A stretch of 64,000 nt of DNA. Source: Trichoplax adhaerens (Eukaryota > Animalia > Placozoa). Location of the stretch: the NCBI RefSeq assembly GCF_000150275.1, contig NW_002060945.1, positions 8,634,011-8,698,010 of the forward strand. The letters are read 5' to 3'. The position numbers and the translations under genes were made by a program. Shown piece after piece: positions 13,701-24,601 of the stretch (within the stretch, counting starts at the first letter, position 1; every line of letters starts with the position of its first letter). The notes beneath the pieces are model-generated. The model worked only from the letters and a program-made list of their open reading frames with translations, was not told the origin of the DNA and ran no database searches.

Positions 13701-16700
13701 TGTACTGTATTGTCGATTATTAATCGTTGATTAACTACTTGTACCACCGCACATAGGCAAGGTCTTCATTTTTATGATCGTTCGCGATGGTTTAGCCATG
13801 CAATGTGTTGACATGTATACTATCAATTTTGAACAGTACAGATGCTTATGTAAGAGTTAAGTGGCTGTTGTTAAAAAAAATCACGTCGTCATATTTCGAA
13901 CAAGATGCAGAAAAACCGCAATCTAAAGTACAGTATGATCAATGTTACCATTGATACTTTATGTAATAATGACTGTAGTATACTTTGCAACTAGGTGATC
14001 CATTTTTTATGACTTGCGGAGATTTCAAAATTGAACTAAATAATTTAAAAGACAGCTTTTGATGATCGACCATGGTATAAAATTAATCGAATTACAGTAC
14101 TGTACAAGTTTACAGTGAATCCAATCTCGATCACGAATGAACTTCCAGCAATTGATGGATGTCCTTCAATAAACTCCAAATTGGCGATAAATGTGACTAA
14201 TAACACTGATATATATGTCACGGTCTACATATTCCACTACTGGAGAGCGGAAATTTCAACAGATTTTGCTTATTGTTACTGTCGCATCAACGTGAGAAGC
14301 GTAAATATATACATGGAAAAATAAAATTTGATCATTTTTCCAAAGGAATCGATTCCATACGGTATCAATTAGCGCATCGAATTCCTGCCATTTGTACAAT
14401 GCGGGGCCCCCCGTAAAGAAGTCGAGAAAACCATTTACAAAAATTGATGTTTCCGTTGGTGTATGAAAGTAAACGCACCTACTAATGAATACATGTAGAG
14501 ATAGTGCCAAACCCTCTCTGCTTACAAAAATCTCGTATTGGATCAACGATTACTGTACAATATGCAATCAAGATCTCCTCAAAAGGAGTTCAATAGTACC
14601 GTACATAAAACTCGATCTACTTGATAAGCTGATAGTTTAAATTGAAAAAGCAATTTAAGCTAGTATTAACAATGAAATTAACTTAAAAATATCATGATTA
14701 AATATTGGGTGCAATGAAGGAAAACGTGTAATCTACGTGTTTAATCAGCTTATGCTCCCCCCCCCCCCAAAAAAATGATATTTTCGTATTGTCAAAGCTT
14801 AGAAGCAACATGTTACTTACATTTTGCGCTAAACTTGTTTCTTGATTGTTATTCGTTGGATGATTGCTACCGCTGCTTACGGAAGTGACATTCGAGGTGT
14901 TGTTAGAGTTGTTACTATTAGGTCCATTGGATTTCTTCTTTTTTTTCGATAAATGGGGTGAACGCTTCTCTATCGTTCGCTCATAACTCTAAATTAAATC
15001 AAAGTCCACGGCAATGAGTCTATATCACCTAGATCGGTTCGTTGTAAAGAGGGGGTCTACAAGATACTTCTAAGAAAAATTTTTCATACGATAGTTCATG
15101 GCTGTAAGCTATCGTACATTCATTCCATGACAGTACTATTTGTAAGCGTGGAATTCATTATCAATTGAATGCTGCAGTTTATGTTTCATTTCTACGGTAT
15201 GAACAAATTTGCTTGACACTCCAGTTAGAAATGTCAAGCTGCAATCTACTGTATACGGCAGCTTGGGCCATTCTGCGTTGATTATACTTTCAAATTGTGC
15301 ACTTATTACAGGTTTATTAGCGTAAGAATCTGCGCTTAGAATACGTAACTTGCTGCTGCCTTCATTGCTTGTACATCACTACCATATCATCATTACACGG
15401 GTTATCCATTTTTTGGGGCAGCCGGTAAATACTAGTTCATAGTGTAGTAGATTGGAACAAAATATTTTCAATTTTTATCTACTCTACTGTATGATTGAAA
15501 TGTTGCAACAGTTGCAGCTACTGTATAGACTTAGCATAACATCTTGTACGACAGTGGATAGTAAGTTGTAGAAAAAGTTCTAAACAGCGACAGCAATAAC
15601 AGATTTCATTATCCTGTTTTATGTTGGTATTGACATTGAACAACATCAGCAATCTACACTTGCTGTACAACACTGGAGTAATAAATTATCCAAGTAATTG
15701 GTTTGATGTTCTAACTTACTCTTTCGCTGGGAGAATGATTCCTTCGTGTCAAATGATTGGCAGTAATACTAATGAGGATTGCAGATAAAATCACACTTTC
15801 GATAGACTATAAAGAAAGTTTGCAAAAAGAAAAAAGAGTCAACGCCAATCGAAGAACAAGTATGTCATTAGGCTACTGTCTTATTGCAATTGTCACATGC
15901 AACATGCTCGATCCTTGATGATCATCGTCGTCGTAGCAAGCTACTATTGACATGATCGTAGAATGGACGCACATGGGAAAAAAATTGACAACATACGAAC
16001 AACAAATCGATTGTATTGATGCTATTGATGGTTATTTGAACGACAGCAATATTTACAAGATACGACAAACCTGAGCAATTAATGGTACCACCACACAACC
16101 AAAGACAGAACCAAAAACACAAAAAACCGAATACTGATCGAAAAAGCTCCTCTCTAACGGCATTTTTTCCTTTGCCCCCTTAACTTGATAACATCAATCA
16201 AGAAGAGTACATGATTATCAAAATGGTCCATGATTGTCAATAGCCACAGGGGATACAAGTGATGAGACAAAGCGTCTCTATTCGTTCTATTACTACGCTA
16301 AAATGGAAAGGATTACTCGATCCAATCCATGCTTACTACATACGTGTCTTCTTGCATAGAAATTCAATCTTCTTGCCAGGGATTGCAATCCAATTCTTCA
16401 CAACCAATGGAACTAATACGCCAATGTCTAGGCTAAACACATTCAATATTTGCAATCAACAGCAATAACTACAAGTTAAGAATAATTTCCTTCTTTCTCT
16501 CCTTAGCAATGTCCCAATTTGGTACACGTTGATCAAATCTGAATTGATTCTCAGTTAGGGCGGCCGCTAATTGATGTTCTCGACTGTTTACTGTACGGTA
16601 GGACTGGTAACGACAGTAGTTAAGCAATACAATGCAATGTTTACCATAGATTGCTAATACTAGACAACGCGAGTAGACGATACATGCGCTGTAGTCGTAG

Positions 16701-16777
16701 AGTCTGGTAGGCAAGTGGTCCAACATGGTTATCCTAGGTAGAAGAATAGAAAAAGAGAAGAATGCTGCCATCATCAT
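10704..16777 (-). CDS. Uncharacterised protein: hydrophobic (probably multi-pass) N-terminus plus a long disordered N/S/K-rich tail with a PAM2 motif
   Basis: Phase-0 exons with canonical GT/AG keep one frame: 15720-15806, 14821-14988, 12513-12581, 12299-12382, 11893-11982, 10704-11480 (in frame with ORF 10704-11273). The 5' exons are tentative (about 16645-16777, 16344-16427, 15998-16178; NAVREELFRSVFGFLCFWFCLWLCGG...). The tail contains QLSPYAPEFFP. Confidence 0.6.
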
Positions 16778-18495
16778 GTAATAAAAAATAATAAGGATTG
16801 TTATTATTCTTATCCCGATGAATAATTAGATATCATTATTATATCATCTCGTCTATTTTTACCAGGACATCGATGATTGTACAATATAGCCTAGAGACCC
16901 TTTAGTCTCTAACGGTCTCTAGGCTAGCCAACAGGCCATAGAGATACATTAAGCGTAAGTGAAAGAAAATGGATCGCATACAACTACAGTACATTTTCAG
17001 CTGCATCGCTGTTACTCCAAAAAAAAAAGAAAGTAGTCCCTGTATCGACAGGAGCACACCAAGATGTCGTGGGAGTGCTAGCGAGTACTTGGTGGTATAC
17101 GGAGACGAGATAAATTTCTCTTGGTAGTCCCTGGTTACGACGACTTCCATCTCGTATCATCGTTCAGAGATCTTGATACAGGCGCATAATGAAACATTTT
17201 CTATAACATGCCACTCGATCGAGTTGGATGCAAATAGTTTTACAGCAGAAAATGCAATAAAGGAAATAATCACGCGAAGTCTCAATATCAAAGTGTTGTT
17301 TCTAAAGCTTACGCGAACACATAGTGTTACTCAAGTATTGAACAAACGGCTAGGAAAGTAACAAGTCAGCCTTGAGTCATGCCAACGTTGCAAGAAACTG
17401 AACGGATTAGTGCTGCAATGAAGGACAAGTACCCACACGAGAATCATGGACAGTCGCTCTCCAATATTGTTAAGTACATGCACAGTATTCAAAATTGAGA
17501 CAGTACAGTAGAGTCAGGATCTCGAGAGGGAAATTTCCGATAGTCTTTACGAATTTTGAAAACGAATGCGTCATTGATTTTAATTTAGTAATGACGTAAT
17601 AATTAATGCTCATGCAATCATAAATTTCGTTGTGCATGCACAGCATAGGAGTAGATAGCCTAGATGAATGGGTAGCCGACAATAGCCCCAAGCCCTTGCG
17701 AGCATCTAACTTGTAAATCGATCATTCAAGAACCCATCAAGTATTCAAGTGTATAATAGACTTTTTCGAACTACAACAGTCAATGGAGCTTTAGTATCTA
17801 GGATGTAGTCTCTAAAACACCAGCTGCAGTCAATTACAAATCGTAACAGTCAGCATTGCAAAAATACAGCAGGAAATATCCAACAGCGAATAGAATAGTC
17901 GACCGCCCTTTTATCTTCATAAATTTTATTCTTAAATGATCATACAATATCTTACCAAATACAGTACACTCATCTTCCTTGAATTGAGATCACATTCGTT
18001 AGAGTAACATAGAAAATTGGACAACAATATACCGTTTACAGCCCAATATACTTGCACTGAACTACAGTATTTTTAGAAATAACCATAATATTGAACGATA
18101 AAAAGATAACAATATACAAGCAGTTAAACCGATCGACCAAACTAAATAAACCCTAACCGTTAATCAATTATTTGTCGTCTAAGGAGCGTGTGGCATACTA
18201 ATTGTCCAGATCATCTCTATTAAGGCACTGAATTATGTTCTTACTAAATGCAATATAATACAGCATCTTTCTATGTACCAATAAATTAATTGTACTTGAC
18301 GTAAGGTAATGGTTTTTACCAGCAATCGAAATACACAAAAAAGTGGGGCGAAACTCATGAACTTTCCATTTGAAAATAATGGCTTTGATCCTAAGGTAAT
18401 ATCAATTTTAAAACATGTACTTGGCTATCATGTTCTATGAAATTCAAGTCGGAGTTGAACACCAGAACATCTATTCAAAACTTGCAGCAGGACTT

Positions 18496-21213
18496 CTAAT
18501 CCATTCGCGCCTTTAGGATTTTTTCAGTTACCTTATCCTTTTCGCTAGATGTTCAATGGTTATAAATTGATACACATTAATAAAATCATATCTCCATTTT
18601 CAGCAAAGATACCCTCCTAAACTACAAATACTATAATAATATAGCCTACTTCATAAATATACAACATGCGTTTTTATAAATATCTGAGAGTACCAAAAAT
18701 TTGAACACGCATTCAAATAGAATTGTACTATAACATAGCCTAAACTGTTATTTATATCAAGCATATGCCACAGGGTATCAATATCCATTTAAAAATGCAG
18801 AATTATACATAGTACTTTGAGGCTATGTCTGGAGTACCTAGCACAATTCTAAACCGAATACTGTAGAAACTACTACTTGTGTGAGGCACCTTTCCGCTCT
18901 AAATGCCTTGTATAAACCAACGACGTAATTCAACTATACTATCTCTTCAAACAGAAGCCGGTACGATGAACAATGTTATTCACTTCCAAATAAATCATTG
19001 TACATTTAATTAATGTAACTAGTATAACGTTTGCTCAAATACGCAGCGGTAAGAAGCTACTGTTTCAGAGATACGATAAAATCTTAGATAAAGATTATAG
19101 ATGTATATATACTGGACAATGCAGTATGTCTACCATTTCCGTATACAGTCTCTAAAAATGGTCCAAACGAGGTATTTACACTTACATGACATAAACTATT
19201 CCACCCCATCCGCTAACACAATCACGATCGACCGCATTAAGTAGAGCTTGGGAAATTGATTCAAATAAATCATCTGCTTCCTAATAACGTAAGCATAAAA
19301 GTTTACATTAATACGCACTGCTAAACATCAGTAACTTTGCTCCTGGATTGCAACACCAACTAAACTCGTACAACTTACTAAGTCAGGTTCCCATAATGAT
19401 TCACACATTCCATACAATTGTTCCGATGCGGTACCACTGACAACAAAATCTTCGGTAATCATAGGACAGCCAATTAAATCGAGTGATCCTACGAAAGGTT
19501 TTGCATTTTTATCCAAACCAGCAATAACAGGCTCTACGAAGTAAGGTCCAAACCTACAAAAGTATCAAATAAGCATGACTTACAGATATTCTCACTTGAT
19601 ATTAGCAATGCCGTAGCTTGTAAGAATATTCAATACACTATATACCCTTTGAGAATGACAAAAGCAGAATACAGTGTAACTGTGCATTATTACCTTTTTT
19701 CATACAAGAGACTTGAGACCAAGCTCATAAAGGTTTCCGGCTTCATTTCTCGATTTTCACGTAGCATATACATATTTAATCTAAATTTTAACTTATTGGA
19801 TCTAAAATACAGCAAAAATATCGGACGGTTACAACAGCTCCAAAGTGCACCCGCTTGTAATAAAATGAGTTGCATCATAATGAATCAGCAAAAATTTTGG
19901 ATGGAATAATTTACTCCGAAACTAGCACTTTTTCGCCATGATGACTAAAAAATTGTTATTATCAAGTCTACTGGAACACACAATCTATAAATATATGCGA
20001 TTGGAGTGCATGACGACTGATGTCGTGTAGTGTATATCAGGTGCTAACTACAACATTAGCACGAGTGATTCGATGCGTGTACCGTAGGTATCAACTTACA
20101 CAGTAGTAACATCTGTAGCTAAACCAGAAAAACCAATATAAAGATGATCGCTCATTCCATAGATCCTTTGAAATTCATGTCCTATAGTCTGGGCTTGTAT
20201 ACCAAATCTTCTATCGGCCGCGATGGCAACACAATTTTTTCCAGTCATGGCGCAAATTGCAGAGCCATTGTATTCGAATATAGACTATACCGTAATTAAT
20301 GCAGAAATTTTAAGTCAAATTTTCAATCAGTAATGCGAAACTATGTTCTAATCATGCCTTTTGAATATCAAGGTGTACTTTCGTCGCACGCTGTAATAAA
20401 ACGATAGCGAGCAATCGCTAGCAAGCAGTACCGCGCGCGAAGAGACCGAGATATCATTCATTTGTACATGTAATCTTTATAATACAACATTGCTAAAAGT
20501 CTACTGTACGCGTACAGCAGACAATGACTTTTTGATTTTATTACTAAATAAATTGGCTACATAACTAATCGTTTATACAGCTGTAGTTATAATTTTACTG
20601 TAATTCATCAGACAACATTGTGGATCCAAAATTCGCAATTCTATACGAACTGTACACTGTCTAAGAAGAAGTAGCAACGGAGTACTAGTAACAGTGCGTA
20701 TCTATTACTATTTTCGATTATCATTGTAGCTTAGGGGAATGCTGCAAGGCGGATTTAGGATCATCAATGATGATAAAGTCAATCTATGCTGTGTATTTCA
20801 AGCCTAAAGTATCGATTGCAGACGTACTTTAACCCAGTACTGTACTACAGTTTTAAAAAGAAGGATGCAGTCATTCACTAGATGAGCTATACCACTACTA
20901 GAGAATGGATAGAATAGTTAAGTCATAGGATAATTCATATTGTACATTACTTCAAGTCCTTCGCTAATCACATAAAGTGGTCATTACTTCATACTTGGCA
21001 AGTGGACAATAGTACAATATAATAAGGGAATAGTTCATATTGAAAAACGTCTATATAGTAGTTAGTTTCGAGCGCAAGTAGTCATTCGAGAATGACGGTA
21101 GTACATTGCCAACTTTTACAGCTATTTTGTATACGATCGTTGATGATAATTGAACCCAATTTGGGGAAGCAATAACTTTGGAAATTGGCCTAATTTATCG
21201 TTATCCTTACCAT
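18496..21213 (-). CDS. PSMB3: Proteasome subunit beta type-3
   Basis: Exons 21211-21213 (ATG|gtaagg), 20100-20284 ([33 protein letters not shown]), 19694-19801, 19379-19553 ([14 protein letters not shown]...[13 protein letters not shown]), 19186-19280 ([23 protein letters not shown]), 18496-18544 ([15 protein letters not shown]). Confidence 0.97.
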
Positions 21214-21485
21214 TTTTAGCTTTAATATTTGTATAATGAGCCCTACAGAATGGGATTCTCCTTAATTTTACAATTGATTCCTTCGGATGGCCAGTAGAGA
21301 ACCTGGATATATTGGTGGATGTCTTTCAGCTCGACAATTAGTCAGCAACTCCTTTACAGTCGATTGCTTTTATGAGATGAAATGTCTGGATAATGTGCAG
21401 TCCAGTACGGAGGCTTCAGCAGTTGTCTCCCTATAGCAAGAATACTGTAGTATGGTAACCTATCAAACTGTCGAGACGCTGGAAG

Positions 21486-22308
21486 AGTCTGTACGTCTGT
21501 AGTCTGATGCTTCGTTGGTCTTTTCTTTGTGTACAGTGTACAGTACGCGTACAAGTGGTTGTTCCCAGTATTGTACTGTACTGTACACTGTACAGTACAG
21601 TACACTGTCTCCATGATTCCGTCATTCCGTCATTCGCTCTTTGTTTCACTTTTTGCGAGAGTCTGTATGTCTGTACGTCTGTAGTCTGGTGCTCCCGTTG
21701 ATCTTTTCTTTTTGTACAGTACGCTTGCAAGTGGTTGTTCCCAGTACTGTACACTGTACACTGTACACTATCTCCATGATTCGTCGTCATTCGCTCTTTG
21801 TTTCACTTTTTGCGAGAGTCTTGCGTCTGTACGTCTGTATTCTGATGCATCCATTGGTCTTTTCTTTCTGTACAGTACAGTGTACAGTACGCGTACAAGT
21901 GGTTGTTCCCAGTACTGTACACTGTACACTATCTCCATGATTCGTCCGTCATTCGCTCTTTGTTTCACTTTTTGTGAGAGTCTGTACGTCTGTATGTCTG
22001 TACGTCTGTAGTCTGGTGCTTCGTTGGTCTTTTCTTTCTGTACAGTACGCATGCAAGTGGTTGTTCCCAGTACTGTACACTGTACACTATCTCCATGATT
22101 CGTCCGTCATTGAGTGACTAGACCTGACGTCATTCGCTCTTTGTTTCACTTTTTGTGAGAGTCCATACGTCTGTACGTCTGTAGTCTGGTGCTTCGTTGG
22201 TCTTTTCTTTCTGTACAGTACAGTACGCATGCAAGTGGTTGTTCCCAGTACTGTACACTGTACACTATCTCCATGATTTGTCCTCATTCGCTCTTTGTTT
22301 CACTTTTT
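21486..22308. repeat. Tandem repeat, 5 copies of a ~150-180 bp unit
   Basis: Units start at about 21486, 21659, 21816, 21978, 22159. Each has gtctgtacgtctgtagtctg..ttggtcttttcttt..caagtggttgttcccagtactgtacactgtacactatctccatgatt..cattcgctctttgtttcacttttt. This explains the repetitive spurious ORFs at 21354-22287. Confidence 0.95.
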
Positions 22309-24601
22309 CAGAAATGACTCAGTCATGGTTCAATACGTTGGACATTTTCTCTTAGTATTCTGTCTCGTGAGTTGCACCAAATGCGCTACAGTACTGTACA
22401 AGTGTACAGTACCAATCCGTACTTTTCCCTTTACAGTACAGTACTGTACAATATTGTACTGTAAAATCGCCTTCAATCCACATTCCACATGAAGCCTTTC
22501 ACTAGTAATAATAATAATAATAATAATAATATTTTTACTGCTGGAGTGATACCAGTATATACAGTATACTGTACTGTACAGTATGTCAGATACAGTATGT
22601 AGAGTATAGTAATATAAGCGTCTAAAAAAAATAACTGTACTTAGTAAGTAGGCAATCGACCCAAGGTCCAAACACCCTTGAATTCGAGATTCACAAAGTT
22701 TATTTTATTAATAATTATAAATTACCATTGGATTGCTCATCTTCTTGCAATAACCAAATAAATGAACGTTAACCACATTAGGAAGTTGTATCAATTACGA
22801 TATCGAAATTGAATATTGCCAATAAATCACTCCGATAAAATCAAATAATCGATATTGTTGATACAGTACAGAATTGTAACTGGTCCCGCGATTATGATGC
22901 GCAGTATATCTGACATCTCCATATTTCATCATTGACTTATTTGTTGAGGTTAGCTTTTGCTGTAAGTGCATCCATGTTCGGTCCAATAATTAATTGATAT
23001 TGTATATGGTAAGGCAATATTCAGCCTTGAATGTTAAAGCTATATCAATGAGTATGGAAACGAGCCAATCATAGGTGGAGTCAAGTGTGACAGAGAGTCC
23101 GTTTCTAACCCAGCTTAACAACTCCCTTCGGTCGAATAATTACAAAGTATGTGTTGGGAATTTTCAACTCAAGTCATCAAAGGAAATTGATCTCAGCTTT
23201 TTTTCTGTTAAACTAGAAATCTGCCAGATACAAGTCACAAAATTTATAAAATCAAACCTGACTTTGCCTGACAGCACGCACCAACGCTCACCAGAGTCAG
23301 CGGGCTCAACCTAGTACTATACTGTACATTAAAATTACAATCAATTTTCTTGCAGTTAGTCATGGTCGAGCTAAAGCTTTCACTACGCCTTCAATAAAAT
23401 ATCGTAGTGTGAAAGCCCTGACTGCCAGTATTTTAAAATAATAATAACTTGTAATCTTGTCAATTATGGGCGAGTTGAAAATTTCACTACGCTTTCGTAC
23501 ACAAATATTATAGCACTATTACTATATAAGACAGTCAAAGTCTTCATTGTCAATCTATTTTGGAAGGAAATCAATATCACATTTACAATGATTTCACCTT
23601 TGCAACCTAATCTACAAGACTGTACATCTATCGCATATAGACTACTACGGTCAATCAAAATTGGGTTAGTGGTAGCTAAGCCGACTAACTATACGTAATA
23701 TACTAGTAGGACGATATCCTTTCGTGATATATCGTATTAAATTAATGTATTATTAGGATATACCGTCAATTTTTAAATACAATTTAATCCACAATCTGCT
23801 CAATTTCTGAAAGCACAACTTGATGAGATATACTAGGTCAGGGAGTGCTAAAAAGAAAACTGGACAAATTCCGTCTTCTCTTTTTCAAAACTATTGTATT
23901 ACCTATCATCAATAGCTCTCTAGCTATGTATCTGAGAGCGACTCCGAGATCATATCAAAGTCTAATCTCGATACATATTGAACTATTCTATCACTCTGAT
24001 ATATCACATTCGTAAGCATAGCAACAGTATACATATTTTACTGTCAATTTCTGAATTCTTAACAAGCATAGACACGTTCAATACACTCAAGAAGTCCTTC
24101 CCTTTTATTTTATCATAACCCGCATAGCATTCCGATTATTCACAACGTAAATAAGATATATAGTAAATTATTGTATTCATTCTATACAAGACTAGCGCGA
24201 AATCATGACTATAGTACCACGAAAATTGGACGAATAAAAAAAGGAGGTGAATGTTATCTCCCCGGCAAGGCATTCAAATAAACAACATCACCGCCAATGC
24301 TGAATAACTAACTACCATTTAATTAATCATAATTACTACAATTAATGATTCTATATCTAAAATTATGCATCATTTTATTTCATATTATTGTCTTTATTAC
24401 AAGAGTATAATAACAACATTTTCAAACTGTAATTGCTACTAGTTTACGCAAGCAAGTCAGTCATGAAGTTTAAACTCATAAAGTTCAGCCAATTTGTTCT
24501 CTACTTTTTTTAATTTTACACTTCGTTACTTTTAGATTAAGCCTTAAATAAAACCCTGTTTCAAAAATGAAATCACTGTATATTATAATATTTTTACTAG
24601 T

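Noticed and set aside
14115-14546. Slightly GC-richer intronic segment with ORFs on both strands
   Set aside because: No recognisable domain and no consistent splice model
21486-22308. CRISPR-like array or retrozyme (hammerhead) interpretation of the tandem repeat
   Set aside because: Whole units are homologous with no unique spacers; no CUGANGA hammerhead core found on either strand (only ctgatgc/ctggtgc); eukaryotic context
21354-22671. Overlapping ORFs rich in Y/C/T/V/Q/S (also 43028-43622, 51510-51950, 57083-57190)
   Set aside because: Translation artefacts of stop-poor ACAGT arrays
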